Source of the DNA: Azolla caroliniana
Taxonomy: Eukaryota; Plantae; Polypodiophyta
Length of the DNA: 64,000 nucleotides
Assembly: GCA_043228905.1 (NCBI GenBank)
Contig: JBHGNT010000008.1
Coordinates: 20,646,001 to 20,710,000 of the forward strand
Reading direction: 5' to 3'
Part shown: piece after piece, positions 1 to 13,438 of the stretch
How the letters are laid out: every line of letters begins with the position of its first letter
Numbering within the stretch: the stretch's first letter is position 1
The notes under the pieces: generated by a model
Seen by the model: the letters and a program-made list of their open reading frames with translations, nothing else
Database searches by the model: none
Told to the model about the DNA's origin: nothing
Program-made: the position numbers and the translations under genes

Positions 1-570
1 GTACCCTTCGAGTCGAGTTGGTGTGTTCACATGTTGCACTATGTTGAGCTTGATTCTTAGCAAATAGCATCATTGCATGAGTTTGTGTGCCACTTTGCTC
101 AACTTTCATATTGAGATAAAAAGTTGGTGGGGGTGAACATGTTCATGAAGCTCGTCGTTTGAGATAAAAGAGTCTAAAGTTCGGTGTACTTTTAGAGGAT
201 GATGGTGGCACTAATTTACTTATTAACATTTGGGATGAAATAAAAACAAAATTTCAACAATATGACAAGAGAAAGAAGAATAAATACTTAATAGGAGAAA
301 TTACAAACAAGGCAACGAGGCCTAGTTCCAATGCACATAAAGGTAAATCATGTGCCGATGCAAGGTAACTAGATATTCAATATGGAGGAATTCATCAAGA
401 ATGTTACATTCTAGATAAAAAAGGCATTGAAAGCCTAAAAGAAAATATCATAGTTGAAGAAAAACTAGAGAAGGTGTGAACCCCAAATCCTAATTTAAGA
501 TAAAAAAATGCAATATAAACGTAAATCGAACGTGAACGACATAGAAGAAACTTGTAAAACAAAAAGTGTG

Positions 571-890
571 TGTTGAGAGGAAGCTCAACATGGGCCGCAT
601 CAAATGAATAAGACAAGAACCGGGTCAGATGACGACCGATCGGGTAGGCCTAGATCAGCTGAAGAAGCTGGGAGTTGGATCGGCAGGGAGCCGACACGCC
701 TATTGAGAGTCGAATGCAACTTCCCATAGTAATAGGTTTCACACTACCTCATGGTCATACTAGGCTAGTTTTGTAAATAGTAGAAAGGGCACTTGCCCTA
801 GTTTAGTTGGTATTTAAACCCACCCCTTGTAACTTAGTTATTCTCGAAAGTATTTTGGTTAATGTAACATACAATCGTTGATCTCGGTCT

Positions 891-943
<53 letters not shown>

Positions 944-1030
944 TTTTACCTTACATACACACACACACACACACAATTATCTTCCATTGCATTACACCAC
1001 AAGCTCCATTTATTTACATGGTATCAAAGC
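571..1030 (+). mobile_element. Copia-type 5' LTR (571-1018) plus tRNA-iMet PBS; internal region deleted
   Basis: Starts TGTTGAGAGGAAGCTCAACA, ends TTTACA at 1018, followed by TGGTATCAAAGC; same terminal motif as LTRs at 15605, 16850 and 58530. Confidence 0.7.
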
Positions 1031-1094
1031 ATGTGGTTGCGTAATCTTCCTAGAAGTGCGAGAACACTTCACTAATCTGGCGCATGGGTAGATC

Positions 1095-1450
1095 CAGGTA
1101 TGCTTTGAGAAGTCGTCGATGAACGTCACATAGTATCGGCAACCCCCAACTGTTGCCGTTTAGGCTGGTCCCCATACATCTGAATGTATTACATCCACAA
1201 TCCCTTTGCTCACTATGCTCTCTTTCGAGAACGGTTGACGATGTTGTTTGTCGAACTGGCAGGCTTCACATGCGCCTGCACTCTCCTTTTCGATAAAAGT
1301 CAGGAGTCCAATGACAACTCCTTTCGACTGCATTGCTTTGAGCTTTTGGACGTTAATGTGGCCTATTTGTTTGTGCCACACCACTAGGTCAGTGTCGACC
1401 TTTTGGCCCTTGGCATACATTGCCGATTTCATCTCGCAAGAGTTGAGGAT
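1095..1450 (-). pseudogene. Copia pol fragment (GAG-pre-integrase / start of integrase)
   Basis: WHKQIGH...CEAC...IHSDVWGP motifs in ORF 1160-1432. Confidence 0.85.
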
Positions 1451-4322
1451 TGTTGAGAATCAAGCTCAACCTAGTCTAGTGTGTGAACACACCCTTGAGA
1501 GTGTGCACTCAAAGGTCAAAATTCACCACTCTTATCTACACATTAACTATGTATCATAGAATCATATTCTATGACACATAACTAATGAGTTTTCACATTC
1601 CCAATGACCCATGAGCTTCGGTAGTTAATGAAGAGAGAGAGTGACTATATAAAGCACTCTCCTCCTACTTTGTAATCAAGTCGATTAATCTCCTTTGTAA
1701 TATACAACTTCTTGAGTATTCTATTGTCTCTCTAATCTATCTTGTGTTTCTCTCTCTCATATACACACACTCACAACACATATCTCTAATCTATTCTGCT
1801 GCACAAGAATCACCATCGATTCTTTACATGGTATCAGAGCGGTTTGGTAGCTCGATTAAGCCCATCTGCGTGTGTTGTGCTCCACACCAACGTTCAAGCA
1901 AAACCGGCTCATCGCTATCGTAGTGCAGCTACATAGCTCGTATTCAAGAGAGAAGAAGAAGAAGAAACTCTACATCGAACACCATGAATACTCAAATGGG
2001 GAGTGCTCTCCCTAGCGAGAAGTTGGACCGAAACAACTTCGCATCTTGGGAGCACAAGATTCACCAATACCATGTCGGCCAAGGCTATTGGGGTTACATC
2101 AAGGGAGCACAAGAAAACTGACCCGACCCGGAAGATGCCGACTACTCAACATGGGAGCAAGCGGCGAGTCGAGTAATGTATTGCTTGGCGACACTTGTTC
2201 ATGACCCCATGCTCGGCTACATTCGAGAAGCCGAGACGCCGAAGGAAGCGTGGGAAAATCTACGAAAGATTTTCGCCACCAACACAACCACCAAGAAGCT
2301 TCAACTCCGCCAAGGGTTGAACAACATCCTACAAAAGGATATGTCCATCACAAACTACACCTTGAAAATCAAGGAGCTTTGTCATGCACTCGGCTCAATA
2401 AGAGTCAATGTGGAGGATGATGAAATGGTGCAAATATGCCTCAGCGGCCTTGCACCACGATTTGGCGCGATGCGGACCGCCGTACTAGAATGGGAGAATC
2501 CACCCTCCTTCTTCGATCTTCAATCTATGTTATTGGTCGAAGAGAATCATGTTCGAACAAGGAGCAATGCCTCGGAAGGTCACATGCTCTAAACGCATTC
2601 GAATGGAGGAAGAGGACGCGGCCGAGTAAGAGGCCGATTCGGCCAAGGATGAGGTGGCGGACGAGGTCCAACTTACGACAAAAACTCCCAATTTCGGCAA
2701 CAAGACGGAAGCCATCGAGGAACCTTCGGAAGAAGGGGGAGCTTCCATTCCGGTCTGAGCCAACAAACCTCGATCAAATGTGATTATTGCGGAAAAATAG
2801 GCCACCATGAAGAAGAGTGTTGAAAGAAGAAGCATGAGTCGGCTTCCACAAGCCGACAACTCACCAATTACGCCACCAACTCCGACTATGAAGATCATGG
2901 CGGAATGTTTGTAATGAGACACAGAAAAAATTCTATGTCAACCTCTACTTCGACTAATGCCTCCAATTTGGAAGATGTATGGTTCGTCGACTCCGGTGCT
3001 TCGAACCATATGACGTCCCATCAAGAATGGTTCAAAGGCCTTCAAGAGCCGGATCGACCCGGTTATGTTGAGACCGGAGACGACACCACTCATCCGATTT
3101 AGCATGTCGGCAATGTCCCATTCGGGAAAGAAGGTGAACAAAATTGCATAAAAAAATGTCCTACATGTACCCACCATAACGAAGAATTTGGTCTCGGTCG
3201 GCCAAATTGTGGAGCAAGGGATGCAAGTTCGATTCAACCAAGGAGGTTGCTTCATCGAGAAGGAAGGCCGACTAATTCCTCGCGGTTGAAGGGAAGGCCG
3301 AATGTTTATCCTCGAAGTGAACGAGGTAAAATCGGCCATGTTTGCAAAGGGCCTCAAATCCGACACCGACATAGAGCTATGGCATAAAAGAATCGGCCAT
3401 ATCAATCTCAACAACCTCAAGGTGATGCAATCGAAAGGAGTCGTCATCGGGTTCCCGACCTTCAAAGAGAAAGAGATTTAAGGAGTATGTGAAGCATGCC
3501 AATTCAGCAAGCAACATCGGCACCTGTTCCCGAAGGAGAGGAATGTGAGCAAAGGCCTATTGGGCGTAGTCCACTCGGATGTGTGGGGACCGGCACAGAC
3601 GACTATGTTCGGAGGATGTCGGTACTATGTTACCTTCATTGACAACTTCACTAGATACACATGGATCTTTCCCATGAGGATAAAGAGCGAAGTGTTTACA
3701 CACTTCCAAAAATTCAAAAGCAAAGTCGAAAAGACAATTGGCTGCCATGTACGATGTCTTCGGTCAGATGGAGAAAGGAATACTTCTCCGATGTGTTCAC
3801 GGCATACCTTCGACAAGAAGGAATTCGGCGAGAATTCACTTGCCGACACACACCGCAACAGAACGTTGTAACCGAACGCAAGAATCTGCACATCCTCAAA
3901 GTAGCAAGGGCCATGCTAAATGAGAAGCATATGCCCAAGTCATATTGGGCCGAAGCTGCAAATACCGTCATCTACCTCATGAACCGGTGCACAACATCCG
4001 GAGTGCACGAGGTCACCCCGCACAAGAAATACTATGGGAAGAAGCCGGATCTATCCTATGTAAGGATATTCGGCTCCATTGCATACGTGCACATTCCCGA
4101 TGAGAAGCGGTAGAAGCTTGACCCAAAATCAGAGAAGTGCATCCTCGTGGGGTACTCACTAGAGCAAAAGGGGTACAACTGCTTCAACCGCTCTACTCGG
4201 AAGACTCGTGTAAGTCGGGATGTCGTCTTTGACAAATCGACATCATGGTACAAACCCAAGCCGACTCCTCCCGAACCATCTACGAACGACCTCAACAACA
4301 CAGAAGATGATGATCAACTAGG

Positions 4323-5090
4323 TGTCGGGAACTACACGCTCTCAATGAACAACGCTCGGCCACAACCGAGCTTAGAATCATAAAACACAGAAAAGACGGG
4401 AAAGAAGGCACGACACAGTGAGGAGAGAAGAGTACACAGGATGTTTAACGTGGAAAACCCTGAGAGGGAAAAACCACGGGAGTCCACAGACTCCAAACTA
4501 TCACTATATCACAATGATTACAACAGTGAGCTCACAGAGGCAACGACCTCGTGCTCATGATCTTCGCCACAGGCGGCGGTTACAACAGAGGCAACTACCT
4601 CTTCCTCTCTCTCTCTCTCTCTCTCTCTTTTTGTACACTGTTACGTGCTCTCTAGTCTTGCACCAACAAGAATGACAACATCACTATTCTCTATTTGCCC
4701 TAAGTCATATTTATACTAATATGACTTTTCGGCTATTTACAAATATAGCCACGATGGACTCTCAGAAACATATTTACGAATATGTCTCTTCATCCGGTGA
4801 GCACTCCTCACTGGGCCTGCATCATCCGGCGCTTGTCGGGTACTCGTCATCCGGTTCTCATCGGGTCTGCACCATCCGGTTCTCCGTAGCCGGGTACTCG
4901 TCATCCAGTTCTCACCGGGTCTGCAACATCTGGCTCTCCGTAGCCGGGTGCTCGTCATCCGGTTCTCACCGGGTCTTCCGTAGCTGGGTATTCCTCATCC
5001 GGTTTCAGCCTCAGCCTATCGGCCTCAGCCGAGTTTGCTCATCAGTACTGTTCTTCTGACTTCCCATCCGGAGGGACCTGTTTCCTAACA
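4323..5090 (-). mobile_element. Solo LTR (768 bp) related to copia B LTR, inserted in copia A
   Basis: TG...CA ends; TSD CTAGG (4318-4322) / CTAAG (5091-5095); shares CTCGGCCACAACCGAG, AACGTGGAAAACCC and GCCCTAAGTCATATTTATAC with 35253-35854; host reading frame rejoins when removed. Confidence 0.9.
4838..5005. repeat. ~54-bp tandem repeat (about 3 copies) in U3 of the solo LTR
   Basis: Recurrent CGGGTACTCGTCATCCGGTTCTCA...CTCCGTAGC unit. Confidence 0.8.
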
Positions 5091-7468
5091 CTAAGGTCAA
5101 TACTCGAAGAGAGTTCGATCTCAACTAGATTGAGTGGACCACAAGAGCCTCCGAGCAACCAAAGTAAATCTCGGCCAAGTCCAAAGATGGACAAAGGGAA
5201 GGCCAAAATGCCGGAATATGAAGACGATCACTTTGACGGCAACGAATCGACTAATTCACTCGATAGTGAGTTCGATGGCTTTGATGTGCGTCTTATGAGG
5301 TCATCCGGAGTTGAGAAAGCACTCACATCGGCATATGAGAAACTTCGTCACTCCACCCAAGAGAAGAATCTGGTTAGCCGATTCAGCTACAACGACTATA
5401 TGGCATACCATTATGCCTTTATGATGAAGGTAGCAGTAGTTCGAGAACCGGAGAGCTTTGCCAAAGCCGCTAAAGATCCGCGATGGGTCGAAGCGATGAA
5501 CGAGGAGATGCAAGCTCTTAGGAAGAATGAGACATGGGATCTCGTCCCTCACTCACTGTGCAAGAAGATAATCAACTGCAGATGGATATACAAAGTGAAG
5601 TATAATGCCGACGGTTTCGTCAACCGCTACAGAGCTCGACTTGTAGCAAAGGGCCACGCACAAACATAGGGCGTCGACTATGAAGAGACCTTTGCCCCGG
5701 TGGCAAAGATGACAACCATGCGAACCATGATAGCGCTTGCAGCAGTGAAAGGATGGCACCTCCACCAGATGAATGTCAAGAACGACTTTCTTCAAGGCGA
5801 ATTAGAAGAGGAGGTGTACATGGTACAACCACCCGGCTTCGAATCCAGCATTCATCCGAAAGACGTCTGCCAACTCAAGAAGCCTCTCTATGGCCTTAAG
5901 CAAGCACCACGTGCTTGGCACTCGAAGATAACACAATATCTTCATTGAATTGGTTTCCGAATGTCAAAATCCGACAATTCTCTATATGTAAGAAGTAATT
6001 CCGAAAGTTCGATCGTCATTATCCTATACGTGGATGATCTGGTCGTTGGAGGTGAGCATCTAGTCGACATTAACAAGGTCAAGTCCCTCCTCTCTAGTAA
6101 ATTCGAGATGACGGAAATGAAAGAGCTCCACTACTTCCTTAGCATCAAGGTAATTCGGACTCCAGCCGGGATTATGATCTCCCAACGGTACTACATTCTC
6201 AACTTGTTATACAAGTTCGGGATGACTAAGTGCAAGTCTGTGGCAACACCTCTCGACCGAAACCTCAAACTCGATGCCAATTCTGGCACCACAGAGTGTG
6301 AACCAACTCAATGTCGATAACTGATCGGTAGTCTTATCTACCTCACGATCGGTAGTCTTATCTACCTTCTTAGCCGGTTCATGCAAACGCCATGAGATAT
6401 CCATTTGGATTGTGCTAAGAGAATGCTACGATACGTGAGCGGAACGATGGACTATGGCATTCTCTATAAGTCGGCCACGCCAATTCAACTCCAGGGGTAC
6501 ACAGATGCCGACTGGGCAGGCTACAAAGCCGATCGACGATCAACCTCAGGTTTCATCTTCTCCCTCGGAAGTGGAGCCATCTCCTGGAGTAGCACGAAGC
6601 AATCAACCATCTCTCTTTCGAGCATAGAGGCCGAATACAGGGGCGTGGCGATGGCTACATGTGAAACCGTATGACTCAAGAGGATATTAAAGGATATGGG
6701 CATTCCCATCAAAGATCCAATTCTCCTTTACTGTGACAACATGAGCAATATTTATCTAGCTTGGAACCCGGTGTTCCACGCACGCACGAAGCATATCGAA
6801 GTGCACTATCACTTCATTCGAGAGCGTGTTCAGGCTGGTGATGTCGACCTTCAACATATCACCACAAATCTTCAAATAGCCGACATCTTCACCAAAGCCC
6901 TAGGAGCTGACAAGCTTCGCCAATTCCGGTCAAACCTTGGATTGACGGTCTTTGACTTGCCAAGCTTGAGGGGGAGTACAAGTGAAAACCGGATACCGTT
7001 CGAGGTGGATACGAGCCGAAGCAGACATCAACCGAAGTAGCCGATCAAAGTTGAGCTTGAGGGGGCGTGTTGAGAATCAAGCTCAACCTAGTCTAGTGTG
7101 TGAACACACCCTTGAGAGTGTGCACTCAAAGGTCAAAAGTCACCACTCTTATCTACACATTAACTATGTGTCATAGAATCATATTCTATGACACATAACT
7201 AATGAGTTTTCACATTCCCCATGACCCATGAGCTTCGGTAGTTAATGAAGAGAGAGAGTGACTATATAAAGCACTCTCCTCCTACTTTGTAATTAAGTCG
7301 ATTAATCTCCTTTGTAATATACAACTTCTTGAGTATTCTATTGTCTCTCTAATCTATCTTGTGTTTCTCTCTCTCACACTCTCTCTCTCTCTCTCATACA
7401 CACACACACATACTCACAACGCATATCTCTAGTCTATTCCGCTACACAAGAATCACCATCGATTCTTT

Positions 7469-9880
7469 CGGCAACCTCCAAATGTTTCCGTTTGGGATGG
7501 TCCCCATACATCTGAATGTATTACATCCACGATCCCTTTGCTCACTATGCTCTCTTTCGGGAACGGTTGACAATGTTGTTTGTTAAACTGGCAGGCTTCA
7601 CATGCGCCTGCACTCTCCTTTTCGGTAAAAGTCAGGAGTCCAATGACAACTCCTTTCGACTGCATTGCTTTGAGATTTTGGAGGTTAATGTGGCCTATTT
7701 GTTTGTGCCACACCTCTAGGTTAGTGTCAGCCTTTCGGCCCTTGGCATGCATTGCCGATTTCATCTCCTGAGAGTTGAAGTGGAACATTCGGCCTTCTCT
7801 TCGATCGCGAGTAATAATTCGGGTTTCCTTTGCGATGAAGCAACCACTGTCATTGAATCGAACTTGCATGCCTTGTTCCACTATGTGACCGACTGAGACC
7901 AGATTCTTCATTATAGTTGGAACATGCAAGACATTCTTGATGTAGGTCTGATTCCCTTCTTCCCCGAAAGGGACGTTTTGGGATGTTGAATGGGGTGAAT
8001 TGTGGCATCCCCAGTTTCCACATATCCGGGTCATTCGAGCTTTCTCAGCTCTGGAAACCAGTTTTCACGCGACATCATGTGATTGGATCCACCTGAATCG
8101 ACGAACCATACATTTTCCGAGTTGGAGGTGCTTATCGGACATGATGTCGTCATCGAATTCACTATGTGTCGCATCATGAACATTCGGCCGCAATCATTGA
8201 AGTCAGAGTTTGAGGCATAGTTGGTGAGTTGTCGGATGTGGAAGCCGACTCACTCTTCTTTTTATGACACTCTGCCTCATTGTGGACGAATTCACCACAA
8301 TACCCACACTAGGCAGAATTGTTTTGTCGGCTAGGTCCGACATGATTGCTCCCCCTTCTTTCGGACGCTCCACCTCACGCATTCGAAACACCTTGTCATT
8401 AATAGAAGTTATGTTCTTGGGGTTGCTCTTGGTTGTGTCAGCATTGGCTGAATCGGCCTCTTCTTCCACGACCTTGTCCTCTTCCTCCATCGAAGTTTGA
8501 CTGGAGCATGTGTCCTTCATGCACATTGCTTCTTGTTCGAACATGATTCTCCTAGACCAGCAGCATTGATTGGAGATTGAAGGAGGAAGGAGTCTCCCTC
8601 ATGAGGATTGTCGACCGAATGGCTCCGAACCAAGGTGCTAAGCGTTCGAGGCAAATCTGCACCATTTCCTTGTTGTCAATGTTAACATTGATCGACCCGA
8701 GGGCAACGCATAGCTCTTGATTGATCTTCAAGGTAGAGTTGCCGATTGACATGTCCCTCTGTTGTATACCGTTCAATTCTTGATGGAGTTGAAGCTTTCT
8801 TGTAGTCGTGTTGGCCGTGAAAATCTTCTTGAGGTTCCCCCATGCCTCCGGCAACATTTTGGCCTCTCATATGTAACTGATCATGTGATCATGGTCGCAT
8901 GATGCTAGGTTGTACAACACATGACTCGCCACTTACTCCCAAGCTGGATAGTCAGCATGTGTTGGGTTGCGTTGAGTTTCATTTGCTCCTTCGACATAAC
9001 TCCAATAGCCTTGGCCGACAAGGTAGAGTTGCCGATTGACATGTCCCTCTATTGTATACCATTCAATTCTTGATGGAGTTGAAGCTTTCTTGTAGTCATG
9101 TTGGCCATGAAAATCTTCTTGAGGTTCCCCCATGCCTCCGCCAACATTTTGGCCTCTCATATGAAACTGATCATGTGATCATGGTCGCATGATGCAAGGT
9201 TGTACAACACATGACTCACCACTTACTTCCAAGCTGGATAGTCAGCATGTGTTGGGTTGCGTTGAGTTTCATTTGCTCCTTCAACATAACTCCAATAGCC
9301 TTGGCCGACAATGGATTGGTCCATCTTGTACTCCAAAGATGCAAGGTTATTTTTGTCGAGCTTCTTCGTAGGAAGAGTGCTTCCCATTTGAGTTTTCATG
9401 TCAAGTTTCTTCTTCTTCTTCTTCTCTTTGATACAAACTGTGCAGATTGCTACTACAGCGATCAATTGGTTCTTTCCGAACACGCGCTTGGGCACAACAT
9501 AGGTAAAGGCGATGGGCTTGGATCAAGCTACTAAGCGCTCCGATACCATGTAAAGAATCAGTGATGACTATGTGCAACGGAAGAACTGTGTGTGCATGTG
9601 TGTGGAGAGAGAGAAAACTTGGGAGTTACAGAAAAGCAGTAAAACTGTATTAACTAGGAGCAAGAATGAACAAACATTTACAAAGAGAAGGAAGAGGTGC
9701 TTATGCTATCACCTTCTCTCTAGGTTCTCTCACTAGAGTTGCCTCTTGGGAAATAGGTCAAGTCTTAACTATATAAGAATATGTGTCATAGGATATTAAC
9801 TTCTATGACAACCGGAAAGATGTTGGAGTGCCTCTAGAGGATACGACTATTGAGAGTGGCCTCATCAATACATGAGAAAA
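7469..9880 (-). mobile_element. 5' half of copia element A2 (relative of A), truncated in integrase
   Basis: Minus-strand LTR end at 9549 then PBS TGGTATCGGAGC (9548-9537); gag, protease and pre-integrase fragments; outer LTR boundary approximate. Confidence 0.85.
8731..9310. repeat. 290-bp tandem duplication within A2 gag
   Basis: Unit AGGTAGAGTTGCCG...TTGGCCGACA at 8731-9020 and 9021-9310. Confidence 0.9.
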
Positions 9881-9929
9881 TGTGTGGGACATTGTTGTTC
9901 CATATACAAAGAGTGGGCATTGGCTTGGT

Positions 9930-10795
9930 TATAAAGAGAAGAGGACTACGGAACTGCCGTTGAGTCGGAGATTCGTAGTAGACAACCACCAATCACAAGC
10001 TTGAGAGACTACGACCGAGAAGGGAATAGATGTAACCGTGGTGGAGCAATTGCTAAAGGAGATTGAGAATCTCAAAATTGCCATAGCGAAGAAATGGGAA
10101 GACCGTTCCACAAACTCCAAGTATATCGATTGTCGGTGCATATGGTGCAATAGCACCGAACATTATTAGAAGGATTGTGATGAGCACAAGGAGGCTCTAC
10201 GGCAAGATCTCATCTACTATGAGGGAAATCGAATCCATTCGATGGACTCTCGGAAGACACTCCAGCCAAACTTCTTCCAATAAGGCGGCATGAAGAAGGT
10301 CCTAGAGGAGGAGATAATGGCAGAAAGCAATTATGCGACAACCGAGGGAATACATGTGGGTCAAACATCTAGAGCAAAGGCATGTTTCTGGCTGGAGGTG
10401 CTAGAAATCTCGGAGAAAACTAACTCTGATGAAAACCGGACCACTATAGAAGGCATCCGGGAAGCTACAGGATGGGAATGCCCAATAGATAAATTTAGTG
10501 TATACGCCTTATGTCAACTGTATGAGGTCTACATTGATGAGGAGCAACGGCACATAGATGATGCGGCTGGACCATCGAAGACACCGAAGAGCTGGAACTC
10601 CGAAGGGAAGGGAAAAGGGAAAACGATTCTAGAATTCAAACTCGCCTTGGACATCAAACAACAAACAGACCTAAAGAATGTGTTCGAAGAGAGAATCCTT
10701 GATAGTCGAGTTGAATTTTCCCTTCGAGAATTGCTCGGAATCGCGAAGGAGTTCCACAATCTCCTTGTGGATCTCGTAAAAAGAAAGAGGAAGCC
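9930..10795 (+). pseudogene. Gypsy gag fragment of the G1/G2 type
   Basis: RCIWCNSTEH knuckle and FKLALDIKQQTDLKNVFEERIL motif matching 47207-47680, 57942-58364 and 62006-62254. Confidence 0.8.
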
Positions 10796-11479
10796 ATACA
10801 TCTTAGGATAAGTGCTTGTTAAATCAAGCCATTAACTTTGTGATTGGTAGATGTGTTTGCATTGAATGAAGTGGATACGTTAGATATCGCGTTCATTCTC
10901 CATCATCCCCATCTCGCTTCATATTATTTATTTCCTTTGGTGTATGATTGTCCATCTCTCTCTATTCACCTCTTATTATACACACACATACACACAAAAT
11001 AAGACCTAACTTCATCCATTACTTAGACTTGTATCCTCTAGTTCTTCATACTAAACTCATTTTCTGGAATGGGAAGCCTTTTCCGAACTAAATTGACATC
11101 ATAACTAACGACTTCATGATTGATTATGCAAGTCTAAAAGAGGGTTTAGAAGAAGCTCAAAATTGATGAAGCATAAACACTATTGCTAATAGAGGGAGCC
11201 TCATTACATTGAGGTAAGGTTAGAAATGTAGTGTATGTGTATGTAGACTGTTGATGCATAGGAAAACATAATTAAGATTGATGTTATATACAGAACATAA
11301 ACGAAGAAACTCATGAATGTGTTGAGAGAGTTAATGAGATGAAAGTTCATGCGATTTAGATGTTCTGCTAGATAATGTGAAGTCTAAAGTTTCTCTAGTT
11401 CAAGTGTGATAAGTATGTTTTGATATTAGCACTTGTGAGTTATGCTAATGATATCAAACAATATGAAAAGACATGCACT

Positions 11480-12100
11480 CAGTGCACTTTGAGTCTTGGA
11501 ATGAATGCATAGGGAAGAGTGAATCAAAACTTGCTCTTTTTGTGGGTTTCATTTGGAATCAATGCAACATGCATGATGGAACTATATGGTTGCATGTTCT
11601 GTTTGGAAACGTATGTTGCGCCTCATTGATGTTGCATATGAACCTAATGTGATTACATGGGGAGATGTCTTTTGGGTGGATGTAAATGTGGATAAGCATA
11701 ATTATGAAAGGGAAAAGATACTATAATTTACCCTTCAAACTAGGGGAAGGCAAGTTAAGGACGTACCATATTCAAGCTCAAATCGATTGAATGTGGTTGT
11801 CACAGTATGGGCTACGATATCATCGGTGGTTCAGTGGAATATTTGGATAGATCGATGCAAAAATGTGCTTTTTGAGAATAACGCAAAATCTGGTTGATTG
11901 TGTGAAGCAAATCTGGTCGATGCTTATTTCAATTTTAAAAGGTCAATATGACTCCCTCACACTAGTAATTACGATACGAATTTTCTGAAACAACAACCCC
12001 CCTTTAAAGGCAAGTGGAAGGATTTGTTCGTCTTTGTGGAGAGAAATGACGAAATGGTTTGGCAACATGTACCCCCTTCCCTTGATGGTTGTTTCCTCCA
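11480..12100 (+). pseudogene. Possible very decayed LINE ORF2 C-terminal remnant
   Basis: WNIWIDRC-like motif near 11835 typical of L1-type ORF2 C-termini; no open frame. Confidence 0.3.
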
Positions 12101-13295
12101 TAGGTGGAGTTTGGTTTCAATTATGACATAGTGGGGGATATATCTTTTCTCTCTTATCTTACTCCTCCATTAGATTGTATCGTTATATGCTTTGTATACG
12201 CTTATTGGATTGGTAATGGAAACTATGGTGTATAGTTTGGTTTTAAAAAATAGACACACACTAATAATAATGTGGGGCGAAGAAGTCTCTCCACTCCATG
12301 TAATAATACATATAATTTGCTCAAATATACATGGGAAAGTCTCTCGTGTTATAATGACAAGGGCGTTGGAGGGGAGACTTACAATGGTTGATATTATATG
12401 AGTTTCTCAAATGAATTTGGATCTTATATTTGACAATAGTATAGTGTTGACTTTAATGTAATTTGACTTTGTTCAACAAATTTGGATTTTATACCGCTTT
12501 GTTATATGGTACCCATGATTTTTGCTTAAGTGTTAAGCTCTGTTATTTGTGATCGAAAAGATTTGGTAACAGTGTTCTAGCTTAAAACAGTTTTACCATA
12601 AGAATGTTGTAAAATGAGATAGGCTATAAAATTTTGGTATTGGATGAAAAATCGATTTTAACTTTCTTTTTCCACTCTCTCTCTCTGCGATAAATTTAAA
12701 ATGTATGGCTTTATGGAAAATAGGCGAGAATTTACGGAGCAAAAAAGGTCTTTGAAATAATTCAAAAAGTAGACTAGTAACCTCTAAAAAATATAATGGT
12801 CTCCTCCCCGGTTTGAAGAATAATAATTGATAATGAATTATAATGTGTCGATAGATAAGGTTATCTGAGGACTATGTACAAGACAACTCATTAAAATAAA
12901 GTTAAAACTATAAAAATGTCTATGGCCTACGTGCTCGTTATTAATGTGGGCTGACATTGTTTGTTTTGATTTGAGTTCCCATATGACCACACGCTATAAT
13001 TCTGAAAGCTTGCATTCAATAGCAATACATAATGAGTTGACATTGGCAAGAATGTCTTTCTGGTGGACCAAGGAGAAACTATTCCCACATTTTTTTCTTC
13101 GTCGCATCAAGTCTCATAGCAGTGTGAAAACATGACGCGGCGGCGAATCCACGCAACATGAGAAAAGGTCGGCATCATCGCATGGTTTTACACCACAAAA
13201 TGTCAACCCAAGTGAGAAAGAACCAACCAATATGTACATACATACATACATACATACATACATGTCTAGTGTCTAGTGGGTCTACTTTCTCCATC

Positions 13296-13303
13296 TATAA
13301 ATA
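13296..13303 (+). promoter_or_regulatory. TATA box of chitinase gene
   Basis: TATAAATA ~140 bp upstream of ATG; W-box cores TTGACT at 12447 and 12463, TGACGCGG at 13133. Confidence 0.6.
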
Positions 13304-13438
13304 CAATACATACAAGAGGAGGAGGTTCTTATAAGTTATCACAAACAAATACATAAGATAGATAGATAGATCCATCAAATTATTCTAATTATTTTTCATT
13401 TTTGAATTCTATTTATTGATTGATTTATTTATTTTCGA

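Larger units (their letters stand above)
1985..7040 (+). pseudogene. gag-pol of copia A, disrupted
   Basis: ORF fragments 2176-2592, 2905-3102, 3545-4113, 5130-5669, 5700-6320, 6405-7040 carry successive copia domains. Confidence 0.9.
1451..7468 (+). mobile_element. Full-length but decayed Ty1/copia element A
   Basis: LTRs 1451-1828 and 7068-7468 (last ACA missing), PBS TGGTATCAGAGC 1829-1840, PPT TTGAGGGGGCG before 7068; gag, protease (VDSGAS), integrase, RT (YVDD), RNase H in copia order with many stops and frameshifts. Confidence 0.95.

Noticed and set aside
1-570. Possible coding remnant at the left end
   Set aside because: No open frame or motif I can assign
895-975. CT and CA microsatellites here and in other LTRs
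   Set aside because: Ordinary R/U5 features of these LTR families
4838-5005. CRISPR-like array
   Set aside because: Simple tandem repeat without unique spacers, in a eukaryotic LTR
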